DNA from: an uncultured Methanosarcinaceae archaeon
Lineage (GTDB): Archaea > Halobacteriota > Methanosarcinia > Methanosarcinales > Methanosarcinaceae
NCBI GenBank assembly: GCA_963833425.1
Contig: CAWHXP010000002.1
Span: forward strand, 64,001-128,000
DNA: 64,000 nt
Direction of reading: 5' to 3'
In this document: positions 46,204 through 62,452 of the stretch, one piece after another
Position numbering within the stretch: position 1 is the first letter of the stretch
How the letters are laid out: every line of letters starts with the position of its first letter
The notes under the pieces: generated by a model
What the model was told of the DNA's origin: nothing
Seen by the model: only the letters and a program-made list of their open reading frames with translations
The model's database searches: none
Program-made: the position numbers and the translations under genes

Positions 46204-47291
46204 AACAAGATACTCAGTATTTGGCTATCTAGAAATAATTTAATCCAAATTAGTTCTACAATTTTTTTGCTTCTGTTACACACTTTCTGTTACATACTAT
46301 TAATTTAAGTTTGGCTTCTTTATTGTGATGGAACTTTCTTACCCAATTTGATTCTCAGAACTTATTTTTAGGTTAGAGAAATTTGTCTCAACTATATTTT
46401 CTTCAATTGAACCTGTATATGTTTAACTACCTATCTAATATATATTCACAATACAAAATTAAAATTGTGCCCTTAAATCATTGATAAATTCTTGAAACGT
46501 AGAAGAAAAAAAATCATGGCTGTTTGGAAATTTAAAACTTCAATAATTTTAGAACTCAGTTGAGTATTATAATCACTCTTTTAGTATATGGAGATTTTAC
46601 CTTTTGGCCTTTGATATAGTTTTTATAATATTTTTCTTTTATTCTGGAATTACAGTCATTAACTGGATACTTAATAAAACATATATAGTAAGTAATATAT
46701 AGTATTAGATAAGTAGTAGGTTGCTGTATTCCTTTATAGCATGTTCGTGATTCCAAAAACATAAAGCATAGACCAGAGGGAAAAAAATGATACAAGATCA
46801 GCTTTAATGGATTAATTTTTTTAGCATGCCATAAAAAAATGATTCGGGTCATAGTACGTTCTGGAGTGATGGAAAAAGTTATCAGTGGCAGATAGAAGCC
46901 TCATATTATCCCTGAAAAAAATCTTTTTGGTAGAGGGAAGTAAAAGTGGATTACTGTTGGTGATATGCATCACAAAAATCTCTTAAAAACAATGATCCTT
47001 ATGATTGTGGAAAATAACGTTATAGAACAGTATAGCGCTGAAGCAGCGGAATCAAGGTCTGCTGTCCATTAACTAAATGCCTTCTAGTTAAAGAAAATCT
47101 TGCATTGATTAACACAGACTATAGTCATTTATATATTTTTGTTTTTTCACTTCATTTCCAACAGTGTTATCTTATCCATATGATACGGCGCTTCAACAAC
47201 CGCTTATTCACTTTGAATGAATCAAACAAGATAATAAGTGGAGGAATATGTTTCCTACACAAATGGAAAAAATGTACAGAAAAGGTGTTCT

Positions 47292-47863
47292 TTGATAGAT
47301 CAGGTTCGCTATACTCAGAGAAATTGCACCGATCGGAAGAAAATCTAAACGTTTCTTTTGCGTGTAAGAACGGGAGTGCTTGGAATGACAAATGATATTT
47401 ATCCGTACGCCATTCCAGGGAATTATATATGATACAATGGTTCCATTTATTTTCATGGTATTGGTTCGGGTAAAAAGGAAAATATTCTTTCCCAAAATCC
47501 GTCCGTTTTTTTACTATATATGAGGAACATGGTACTGTGACAGATCCGGTGCCTTGCCATACAGATACTGCATACATGAGCGTAATGCTTTTTTGAAAGG
47601 CTGAAAAGGTGACTGACCCCGAAGAGGCCACCGAAGCGCTTCAAAAACTTGTTGAGAAATATATGCCGAAATATTACAGTAATCCTTTAACCAGCACTTT
47701 GATTGAGAAGTATCGTTCTTCACTTGATGGGAATGCAGTTTCGGTTTTTCGGATAATGCCACAGGAAATGACAGCTAAAGAAAACTCAGTGGAATCTGGT
47801 AAACTTTTGAACTTAGAAACTCAGCGACTATATGCTGTAGTTACATACGCAAAGGCGCTTTAG
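47292..47863 (+). pseudogene. pyridoxamine 5'-phosphate oxidase / Nim-like flavin-binding protein
   Basis: Manual translation DQVRYTQRNCTDRKKI*TFL..GVLGM..YPYAIPGNYI*YNGSIYFHGIGSGKK..TAYMSVMLF*KAEKV; three nonsense codons and a frameshift. Confidence 0.82.
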
Positions 47864-48619
47864 GAATTATCACCCTACCTGCCTTTTAATCGTATACTCG
47901 ACATGAGCAATAACTTAATAGCATATAGCCACCAGAAGTTTGCTGGCAGGAACTGTTAGACAAATATACTAGCGACGACTGCGGGATGGAATCTGATAGA
48001 AGACGATACATAATATAATCTATAGACTTGATGTACGTGGCAGGTCTAACATTAAAGAACGAGTTTTTAATCACTTTTCTTCGTTCTACCAAATATACGA
48101 CGTTTTTTAGCAACGTGAGTTGTTTCACTGTCATTCGAGCGATGGATATTGATACAGAATGACTATTTGGGCCATTATCATTTTTATTACATTTTTTGCA
48201 TTTATTTTCCCCTGATTTTAACAAAATGAATAGCTTCAAAAACACAAATTTTATCAATTAACCAGCTAATAGCTGGCTTGCAATGAATTTCGTCTATTAT
48301 ACTGAGAACCTCGAAAGTGATCGTAAAATCATTATTTGATTTCTTTCGGCCTTAAACTCTAGTATTGTAGAACAGGCATATTTGCCGAATAAATGAGGTA
48401 AACATTATATCTCACGTATAAATTCGTTTTTCGACTTAATATAAATACAACTCCAATGAAAATTGATAAAAGCAAAAGTTGAAACCGTTTAAGTAATTTT
48501 CCGCATTCAAGGCAAAAATTATACATAATAACATCATCAGTAACATTTGTCACAAGTATTATGGCAATCCTTAGTGACAAAAGCATCAATTCTGAAAGAG
48601 CACTCCGAAATTTCGTATT

Positions 48620-49490
48620 CTGCATCCGATTTTTCGCATTTTCGTTTGCCGAAGCAAACACATTCGCCAAAAAAACTGATCTTTATCGGCACAACTGCCA
48701 GCTTATCGTCAAAATAATAGCTTTACTTAAATGATGGTCTATGGACAATTTCTATATCTTCACGACAAAATACTGTTATCTGCGCCATGGAAGTGATAAG
48801 AGATTTTACACTTCCATCTTCTGAAAAAACAAGAGAATTGCTGTCACCATCAATGCCGAGATCATCCGGGTCAAAAGCAAGTATGATGCCTATTGGAGTA
48901 TTAACACAAAACACTACATTGCTCGACTGATTTTATTCTCCCATCCTGATACAGGCAGAACCCAATGCGTGTCTGAATTTTTCCTACATGCGTTTTTATA
49001 ATAATTGCATCTTTAGGCCAAAATCTAATATTTTTAAGTTCTCAGGTTTCATATAGTGTTATATTTATAATCTCACCTTTATAAACATCGAAAGGCAAGT
49101 TGATCTGTAATTCCGGAGAAATATTATTTTCATCCTCTTCTGTCCAAAAGGCACTGACGCTCCCAAACACAGGAAAAATACGTTTTACTGCTCCGTTTTC
49201 ATAAAAAGTAATCATTTTCGCTGGAAAGCTTCCAAGCCTTGTATTTACACTCAAAGACTCTTGCAAAACAATACTTGCAATGTTCCAATTTTTATCAAAG
49301 GTTATGAATTTCATGAGCTTTTTTCTTTTCCCATCATCCTCGTACTGTGGAATAAGGATGCCACAAGGAATGTTTATAGTATTTTTTTTTAGAATGCAGC
49401 GTTTGAGCATTCCATATTCATGGTACTCTGGGAAAACGATACCTCTAGAACATCATAATTCGTACTTGCGTTTCCCAAATAATCGCCGCC
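48620..49490 (-). pseudogene. hypothetical repeat-like protein downstream of anfO, fragmented
   Basis: ORF pieces 49042-49410 and 48723-48914 on the same strand with similar units (VNTRLGSFPAKMITFYENGAVKRIFP; VNTPIG..FSEDGSVKS). Confidence 0.6.
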
Positions 49491-49492
49491 TT

Positions 49493-50152
49493 TCACAAAG
49501 TTTGCACATGCACTATTTTAACGGTCTTTTCATTTGGCAATGAATTCACAGTTTCATATTCAAATCCTAAGACGCTCAAATCTTTAGTAAACCACTTTGG
49601 GATATGACTGCAAATGACATCCAAACTGTTGAATTCTCCATTTTTCAGATAGGGTAACAGAATTTTCTTTGAAGTTAGCTGCGGATTCTTTGAAAGGATT
49701 TTTTCCATATTAAGACAAAAATCACCTTCATTCAAACCAGGTTCCAAAAATTGCATGATATCGAATTTGCTAGGTTTCTCCTGCTGCTCCTCAATCATCT
49801 CAAGCATTTCTTTTTTAACTGAATCAAGAGCATCGAAGCTATTTTGTTCCACAAGGAATATTTCAAAGCCTGCTATTTCAAAAATTCCGAATGCTATCCC
49901 TGGAATTTCACTTGCAATCACTATTTTTGCATTACCAAGCTGCTTTATGGTATCCTCCACAGCAAAACGTACCGTAGCAATCCCCTTCGCACTGTAAATT
50001 TTATTTTCGAAGCTATTCAGGACTTTCCATCCCCCACCGTCCTCCTCATATGTTACAATAAATCCCGGCTCAAGTATTGAACTCGTTTTTTGGTTATTGT
50101 TTTCTACGACTGAAATTTTCAAGATACATCCTCCTTTCATGTTGTAATTCAT
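49493..50152 (-). CDS. anfO: Fe-only nitrogenase accessory AnfO-family protein
   Basis: SEIPGIAF, LTSKKILLPYL, VICSHIPKW motifs; likely start is the TTG near 50122 after GGAGG. Confidence 0.75.
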   Translation of the reverse strand: MNYNMKGGCILKISVVENNNQKTSSILEPGFIVTYEEDGGGWKVLNSFENKIYSAKGIATVRFAVEDTIKQLGNAKIVIASEIPGIAFGIFEIAGFEIFLVEQNSFDALDSVKKEMLEMIEEQQEKPSKFDIMQFLEPGLNEGDFCLNMEKILSKNPQLTSKKILLPYLKNGEFNSLDVICSHIPKWFTKDLSVLGFEYETVNSLPNEKTVKIVHVQTL

Positions 50153-50513
50153 GATTATTTCAGGCTGCGATTAAAATTTAGTCTCACCATTGGAACTATC
50201 GGTTCGATTTATATAAGGTCCGCGAAATTAATTAAGCAATTATTTTTAGTGGATGTTAAATGAACTTGACGATAAATCCGTTTTTTAAGAAGTGTTAATT
50301 TTCACCGTATGATACAAAAAAATCTGAGCAGGTAACCCAGGAAAATTAACGAGAATAAACTTATAGTCATCTTCCATTGTTATACAATAGCATTATTGCA
50401 TAATTATAGAATTTTAAATTTTACGACTGAATATTACACCCGCTTCAATAATTCGGTTTTGAAACTAAATATTTGGACCAGTTCATAAATAATTTACGCT
50501 GTCAGAGCAATGA

Positions 50514-51515
50514 ATGTTTACAAAGCAATGGATGCTTATGATGTTTAAAGAAAGCGAAATAATCTGCGGATATAAAATATTAGAGTGTCTTGGTAAAGGA
50601 GGATTTAGCCAGATCTACAAGGCCAGCGACCCAGATGGTAAGCCTGTTATACTTAAATTTCCAGACCTTTCTTTAATTAGCGACCCTGCTACATACGAGC
50701 GATTTCGTCGAGAATTCGCTATCGGACAAAAGTTGGATCATCCTTCAATTCCTAGAGCTATCAACCTTGTGGAAAGCTCTGAAGGCTTATTTCTTGTTTT
50801 AAACTATATCGAAGGTAAATCGCTCCGCACCTTCATCAGCGACAATGCTCCATTGCCTCTGAACGAAGCACTCTCTATAGCCGACCAACTTGTTGAGGCA
50901 GTCGATTATCTTCATGCTCAGGGGGTCTGTCATCGTGATTTGAAACCAGAGAATATCATTATAGGATCGAATGGTAGACTCCACATCATTGACTTTGGCA
51001 GTTCTCTACTAGAAGGCACCCGGCGCATAACATGGAGATTCGGCTCAGATACCTTTGGAACACCTGATTATATGTCACCTGAACAAATACATGGGAGACG
51101 TGGAGATGTGCGTACCGATGTGTATGCACTTGGAATTATATTATATGAGTTGCTAACCGGAACGGTACCATTTCATGGAGACAATGCTCTTTCTGTAATG
51201 AACCAACATCTAACGGCAATTCCTATTTCTCCTCGTAAACTTCAACTATCAATTCCACTTGAAGTAGAAGCCATAGTACTTAAGTCCATACGACGGAATC
51301 CTGATGAGCGATATCAGTTTGCTAGTGAACTCCGGGATGATTTAAAACATTTTGCAGATATCGACATATCACAATTCCCAACGGATCCGGAACTAATATC
51401 AACTGGTTTATTAACTGATAGTCAAATATGGATAGGAACAATCTTACTTGCCATTGTATTTTTAATATTTGTATCATTAATCATCCTGTTTGTATATATT
51501 ATGAAACGTTATTAA
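50514..51515 (+). CDS. Hanks-type Ser/Thr protein kinase with a C-terminal TM helix
   Basis: GKGGFS, RFRRE, HRDLKPEN, DFG, GTPDYMSPEQ, DVYALG; hydrophobic tail followed by KRY. Confidence 0.95.
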   Translation: MFTKQWMLMMFKESEIICGYKILECLGKGGFSQIYKASDPDGKPVILKFPDLSLISDPATYERFRREFAIGQKLDHPSIPRAINLVESSEGLFLVLNYIEGKSLRTFISDNAPLPLNEALSIADQLVEAVDYLHAQGVCHRDLKPENIIIGSNGRLHIIDFGSSLLEGTRRITWRFGSDTFGTPDYMSPEQIHGRRGDVRTDVYALGIILYELLTGTVPFHGDNALSVMNQHLTAIPISPRKLQLSIPLEVEAIVLKSIRRNPDERYQFASELRDDLKHFADIDISQFPTDPELISTGLLTDSQIWIGTILLAIVFLIFVSLIILFVYIMKRY

Positions 51516-53130
51516 ACTAAAGCTATATTTGAATAAGTTGTCAACCATATAACTGTTAGCGTTTCATAATGATTTTTTTTAGTGGGACAAATAGATAAAT
51601 ATATTTTTAGATTAATATTAACCGAAGAATAAAGTCCGAGATATGCTTAAAAAAGATAAAACCTTATATAGAGAGCACTTTTTCATCTAAAACTTATTCC
51701 CAAATCTAATCCTTTCATACCCGTGTCACCATTTTGATCTGTAGGACAAAAATCTCCCCATCATATAACTGTCCTCATAATAGTTCTGACAATTGAGATT
51801 ATCATAAGCATCCTGATCGTTTACCACCAACTCAAGCATGATCCTCATTAGAGCATCAACTTCTACTTTTGTTCCTTTGAGTTCGAGAGCGCTCTTTCTG
51901 CTTCACACTTCCAATTATCTCGATAATACTCATTGGAATGAAACATTCCTACTAAAAGGCTTTTTAGTTTTATCCATCCTCTTCGCTCATACTTGACTTG
52001 CATTATTTTAAGAAACTAACTTCCACCAGATAGAATCACTTAGATGTACTAATCGACATCATTTCCAGTTATAAGTTTTGGAATAGATCAGTAGATTGTG
52101 ATATATCTAATCATTTTGCAAATCCAGTTATGTTATCCATAGAAAACGAGGCTGTAATTTCCATATTTACCTAAAAAGAAAGAACTTATGCAGTTTATCA
52201 TGTTACTCTTCAAAATCAGACCAAAAATAGGCATCTTAAAACATTTAGATAACCCAATTTTTGGTTTGTTATTTATAAAAAATATTTATATATATAAAAT
52301 CTGTTGAAAATCAGAGGTTTATCTAAATCCTCTAAAAATGAATTTAGACCACTTAAGAATTTGGCAGAGTGTTATTCACTATTCTCTTTTTTACTTTTTT
52401 GTGCTATTATTTTCAGGTAGATCCCTACTGACCCCTAATCCTAATTATAAGATAGCACTTTTTTTTTCTTTAGCTTTTATCATCCTGTAATGTCCAGCAT
52501 TGCATCTCCATATCCTTTCATTTGAAATGAATAGTTTGAACTTGCTGCGAGGAAGAAAATGTCCCTAGAACTTTGATTAATTAACTTAATTAGGTTTCAA
52601 GCTACCTTCGTACTATAAAATGGAAGTGCGACATGAAAATCATTGTGCTTATAAAACAAGATCCCACATAGTTTTGTATGAAGCATCGGGAAAAATTTTA
52701 TTTATACAAATGACGGATCACTTATTTCATATTAATATCCTTTGAAATTATTGAAAGACACTTCTGTAGTAGTGTAAGATAGTATTTTTGGATTTGTATC
52801 ATTATTTTCTCTTGCTTTTGAAGGTTTAGAGAAGGCTAATTTTATTCAATATATTTAATTACTACAAAATTGAATTTTCCGTTTAATTCTTCAACTTGTT
52901 CAAAATCTAATCGTTAACTGAATTTTTTTATTAATCAGTTTGTTTCTTCATCCCCATTGAAAGTTCATCCGACATTTTAAAGATTTACACAAATGTATAA
53001 TTTATCTGCCGATTTGCCAATGTTATCAATCAAAAAGTGAGATGCATTTTTAAATTATCACCTTCTTTATTTAAATGCTCTTTCGCTCAACAGAGCGCTT
53101 GATAAGAAAGGGAGCATTTAAGAGGAAATT

Positions 53131-55068
53131 ATGGGAATGGATCGGAGTGAAGACGAAGGAAGACCACTAGCTGAAGACTTACTCTCCATTGCTTGCCGTA
53201 ATGAGAAAAAAGCGCATGAAGGAACATTGACAGTTTACTTGGGCTATTCCGCAGGCGTCGGAAAGACATACTCAATGCTTCAAGATGCACTTCAACAGCT
53301 ACGGGAAGGAAAAGATGTTGTAATCGGCTATATAGAGATCCATGAAAGGCCTGAGACAAATGTACTGGTTAGTAATTTTGAAGTTATTCCTAAAGTCTCT
53401 ATCGAACATTATGGCCTCTCTCTGAAGGAGATGGATCTCGATGCAATTATCCGACGTCACCCTCAAATAGTCCTGGTAGACGAATTAGCTCATACCAACC
53501 CCCCAGGCAGCAAACATGTGAAACGATACCAAGATGTCGAAGAGATCCTGAAAGCAGAAATATCAGTTTGCACGACCGTCAATATCCAACATGTTGAGAG
53601 CCAAAACGATGCAGTTGCCCAGATCATTGAAATCCGAGTTTCTGAAATTGTACCGGATGCTTTCTTTTCCAATGCCGATGAGATTAAGTTAATCGATATC
53701 ACGCCAGAAGAGCTAAATATTCGCCTCAAAGCCGGGAAAGTCTATGTAAAAAATATGGCTGAAGCTGCTGTACAGAGTTTTTTCAGAACAGGAAATCTCC
53801 TTGCACTAAGGCAACTTGCACTGAGATATATGGCAGTGTATACTGACCAGATGATGATCGGTTATATGAGGAGCCGGGCTATCCAGGGTCCATGGCCTGC
53901 AGTAGAAAGACTTCTTGTTTGTATTCGGCCCGGTCCAACAGCTGAAGCCATGGTCAGAGCAGCATACAAGCTTGCGACCAGATTCGATGCTGATTTTATT
54001 GTACTTTCAGTAGATATCGGTGACGATAGAGCTTTATCTTCTATGGAACGTGTATGGCTCAATCAAGCTCTAGAAACGTGCCGACGGCTGGGGGGACGGA
54101 TAGTTCGTTACCGTGGAAACGATATAGCTGATGAAATTATACGCTATGCTCGGCGGAGCAATGTCAACATGATTATGCTTGGGAAACCCCATGGCATAGA
54201 TGTGCTCTTTTCTCCGTTATACAAGGTCATAAGAAATTCGCATGGTATTGATATCCATCTCTATGAGCCAAAAGGAAACGGTTTGCACATACCTCTTCAG
54301 CGACAAATTCCACTATTTTTTACAGCGGAATATACAATTAGTCTCATCCTGATCACAGCCGTAGTAAGCTTTAATTTAATTCTTAGAGATTATATAGGAC
54401 CGACGAACCTACTGATTATTCAGCTCATACCGGTCCTCGTATCGGCGTTCTTTTTCAGGCGTAGAGTAGCTATGTTTACGGCATTTGTGAGTATTTTACT
54501 CTTCGATTTTTTTTTTGTCAAGCCTTACTACTCAATTAGCATTGACGACTTGCAATACTTCATCGCTTTTGTAGGATACGTCACTATTGCCCTTATAATC
54601 AGCAGCCTTGCAACTCGGCTGCGACATCTGTTGCCTCAGATCTGGCAGAGCGAAGCCCAAGTAGAAGCAACAGCAGGTCTTTCTCGCCAACTTGTGAAAG
54701 CAAAAACACGGCAAGAGGTTTTAAAGATCCTCTCCGATCAAATGCACCACTTTGCACCAGGTGATTTTGCGATACTCACATCTAGCTCCTCGGGGCTCCA
54801 AATAGAAGAAGGTGATACTGACTACCCGCTCAAAGATAAAGAAAGTGAAATTGCTCGATGGGCCTATGATAATGGTCAAGCAGCTGGCTACGGAACAGAT
54901 AATCTTCCTGCAGGCAGAGGGTACTATATCCCGCTAAAAACTCACAGAATGATTTTGGGCCTCATGGCATTTGTCTTCGAACAACCCGAAGTAGCTCTAA
55001 CTCCAGAGAATAAAGAGATATTTGAAACAATGGCATTTCTTGGAGCTCTCGCACTTGAACGCGTATAA
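53131..55068 (+). CDS. kdpD: KdpD-like sensor (KdpD-USP-4TM-GAF) lacking the histidine-kinase domains
   Basis: GYSAGVGKTY, DELAHTN, NIQHVES, FFRTGNLLALRQLALR, FDFFFVKPYYS, ends LALERV*; no HisKA or HATPase motifs. Confidence 0.88.
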   Translation: MGMDRSEDEGRPLAEDLLSIACRNEKKAHEGTLTVYLGYSAGVGKTYSMLQDALQQLREGKDVVIGYIEIHERPETNVLVSNFEVIPKVSIEHYGLSLKEMDLDAIIRRHPQIVLVDELAHTNPPGSKHVKRYQDVEEILKAEISVCTTVNIQHVESQNDAVAQIIEIRVSEIVPDAFFSNADEIKLIDITPEELNIRLKAGKVYVKNMAEAAVQSFFRTGNLLALRQLALRYMAVYTDQMMIGYMRSRAIQGPWPAVERLLVCIRPGPTAEAMVRAAYKLATRFDADFIVLSVDIGDDRALSSMERVWLNQALETCRRLGGRIVRYRGNDIADEIIRYARRSNVNMIMLGKPHGIDVLFSPLYKVIRNSHGIDIHLYEPKGNGLHIPLQRQIPLFFTAEYTISLILITAVVSFNLILRDYIGPTNLLIIQLIPVLVSAFFFRRRVAMFTAFVSILLFDFFFVKPYYSISIDDLQYFIAFVGYVTIALIISSLATRLRHLLPQIWQSEAQVEATAGLSRQLVKAKTRQEVLKILSDQMHHFAPGDFAILTSSSSGLQIEEGDTDYPLKDKESEIARWAYDNGQAAGYGTDNLPAGRGYYIPLKTHRMILGLMAFVFEQPEVALTPENKEIFETMAFLGALALERV

Positions 55069-55537
55069 TTAATATAGAACTATAAACAGTTGAACTGAAA
55101 AATCCATGCACAAGCTAAATTTTTCTCAGAGTATATGATAGATCTAATCAGTGAATACAAAGATTACTGTTGTCTCGGTGATTTATATAATACATCGTGG
55201 AAAAATATGAGCACCCTGAAAGTTGCTTCCCAAAGTACACATTAGATTTTCCTGAATGTACACGTCTTTCTTTGAGCACAGCTCTGGAAGTATGATCCAG
55301 ATGGCCTTACCCAGATTTCGACATATCTGACATCAAGACTTTTTCTTTCCCATTTTAAATCAACCTAATGTGGGACGAAATCCTTATTTAAAACAATTAT
55401 TATAACTAGTACATGGTTGAAAAGTGAGATTACAACAGGTTTCGTTTTTAATGATCCTGGGATTTGGCTATATGCAAAACTGGCTAGTTTGTTCACTTTT
55501 TATCCAACTTTGGCATTAATATTATATCCTAAATAGG

Positions 55538-55996
55538 ATGGGGATAAGTTTGAAAGCGATAGTAGTCTATCTCAGTACATCAGGGAATACAAAATCTATG
55601 GCTGAGGCTATAGCTAATGGGATCGAATCAAAAAATATAGATGTAAAGGCTGTTAGCTTTTACGACGTAAAGCCCGAAGACCTTAATGACGCAGAGGCAA
55701 TTGCTATTGGTTCTTCGACTTTCTACTACAAAATGCTGCCTCCCATGGAAAAATTCATGAATGAGACTCTTGCGACCTCAGACCCAAAAGGTAAAATCGG
55801 AGCTGCTTTTGGGTCTTACGGGTGGAGCGGAGAAGCACCTGTAATGATAGCCGAAAAAATGCGAGAGATGGGTATGAATGTGATAGATCCGGTTCTTCGA
55901 ATACTTCACAAGCCCACAGACAAAGATGTTCAAGAGTGCAAAAGACTTGGGATTGATATCGCAGAAAAACTAAGGCACAAAAAAACAAAAGTATAA
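55538..55996 (+). CDS. flavodoxin (short chain)
   Basis: YLSTSGNTKSMA, GSST, FGSYGWSGEA. Confidence 0.93.
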   Translation: MGISLKAIVVYLSTSGNTKSMAEAIANGIESKNIDVKAVSFYDVKPEDLNDAEAIAIGSSTFYYKMLPPMEKFMNETLATSDPKGKIGAAFGSYGWSGEAPVMIAEKMREMGMNVIDPVLRILHKPTDKDVQECKRLGIDIAEKLRHKKTKV

Positions 55997-57287
55997 CCAT
56001 ATAAAACAGAACGTTGATTTGTATATCTGAAGCTTAGTAATACAAAAGACTTACTCTTCAAATAATTAACTCCAATATGGCATGAAAGTACGTGTATAAA
56101 CTGTTACTTACGAACTTTCATAATCCTCATTTTCTAAAATCGCATTATTGTACTAATTATGTTTACACATTATTACTTAAAATTTCTCCGTCGCAACAAT
56201 CCTTCTCTTTTTGATTTTCCCCTTTGAAATTCTGTTTCCGCCTTGTATACCTGTCATATGCAATCAGTGACCATATAATTGTGGCAATATCCCTTGTCAT
56301 GACAATAATTTTTTAATATATCAGATCAATTTCTTCTTCCATTAAAAAAATTCATTTAATTTGCTATGTTTCTTTCTTGCTGCTGTCTGAGTAATATGCG
56401 CAAAAATCCACTCTTCTACCAACGATACCTCTTTTGATTCTCCTTTTTAAAATGTACTAGAGGATCCGTATACTTCCAAATCTACGCCATGAAGCAAGAT
56501 AATTGCCTCAACAAAAACTTTTGAAATTGCCTATTTCAGCGATTAAAATTCCTAAACTAATTTCCCAATTCTTGGAAGCGGCATTAAAATTTTCATATTG
56601 ATTTTAAACTTCGCTAATCAATGTTGGGAATATCTATCTCAAAAGTTTTGATCTCATCTTCAAGGTGCTTTATAAAATATAGACAATAAAATTTTAACTT
56701 AAAAAGTCAATTCTTTGACTAATTTTGGTTTTAATTTATTTTTTTAGACAGGCACAAAATAAAATAGTAGGATACTACCGCTCTAGTCGCTAAAAAATGT
56801 GGTATGTAAAAGATTTTTCTTCGAGTATACACAACAAAATCATAGAGAATTTCGATAGCTACATGACTTGAGCACTGACAGTATAACTCTCTGAACAATA
56901 ATCTTCAATCATGGAAAATTTATAGATTTTGCTCTTAAAGACTAATATAAACTTCATTTACATTCAAGATAAATTTGCTTAAATCGGTTCTTTAATAGAG
57001 TGGAGATACTCTCAGATCATTTTCAAAAAATATGTTTTCACACAATAATTTCATGAAAAAGATCAGAAGTTGAAGTAATAATTATGTTTAAAATATTTTT
57101 TTACAGCACTGTATTATCTTTTTATGATCTTGTCAAAAGATTGAAAGAAACGACTAAATAATTTAATAATTAGAGTGCTAATTGTCAGAAACATGAACTC
57201 CTATACAAGATGGGATAGATGGGATGCTTCGGAGCAAATCTAAAATTAACATATCATAAATTCATTTTAAGTTATTGTTAGTACAGG

Positions 57288-57417
57288 GTGAATATGACAG
57301 CTATCCAGAGTTCCCGAAGGCTCGCGCACTTCAGTACAGTAAGGAACGTGGACAGGCTTATCTACTGTGTTCGGGATGGGTACAGGAGTTACCCTGCCGC
57401 TATGGCCGTCATACTCC
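57288..57417 (-). rRNA. rrf: 5S rRNA
   Basis: GGCCATAGCGGC..CCTGTACCCATCCCGAACACAG..GATAAGCC on the - strand. Confidence 0.95.
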
Positions 57418-57497
57418 TCCTATAAAGAGGATCGTTTTATAAGGACAAATAAGTCACGTATAGACTACTGCATACTGAATTTCGCCTGGACCTGATA

Positions 57498-60395
<2,898 letters not shown>

Positions 60396-60573
60396 CTGTT
60401 ACACCTAACCAGGTCCAGTAAGCGTCCAGTATACAGTATCATATACATGACTTCATCTACCTACAAAGAGGTAATCAGTCCTTCCCTGATAATTCAATTA
60501 TCAGGTGCACATGTGAATGAAGTATTTGAGGTTTTGTCGGTTTATCGGCATCTGGTTGGTGTGTTTATTGCTT

Positions 60574-62051
<1,478 letters not shown>

Positions 62052-62339
62052 TGTCAATGTTATTGCACACTTAAAGTATTTGGTCGCAGAAACTTGCACT
62101 AACAACTATCAATTCAGTTATTTTCAGTTTTGAGATAGATGTTTTTGTAAAACAACTACCAACCAGAATTAACCGAACCGACAAAATCCTCGTCGGACAG
62201 GAAAAAACTCCTGACCCCACTAGATAAAAGAGAATTAAGATAAACTCCGGATTATAATGAATATATTATTTATAAGCCAAATAATGAAGTTTACCACATC
62301 CTCGAATGGAATTTGCATTTCAACTCACACAATTGCTTT

Positions 62340-62452
62340 ATGTGAGGGATATATACAAGACACATCTAGTATATAAACACTGGGATTATCTCCCCGCATA
62401 TTCCATTTGTGTGAGGACAATATATTAAGCTCCAAAAGTATATAAATATTCT
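62340..62452 (-). promoter_or_regulatory. tandem rRNA operon promoters
   Basis: Two TTTATATA boxes (62370-62377, 62439-62446), each followed ~25 bp downstream by a CCTCACA element. Confidence 0.65.

Noticed and set aside
3397..54714. Numerous short antisense or overlapping ORFs (e.g. 6893-7219, 10146-10568, 23539-24045, 34568-34879, 47167-47631)
   Set aside because: Shadows of better-supported genes; no motifs
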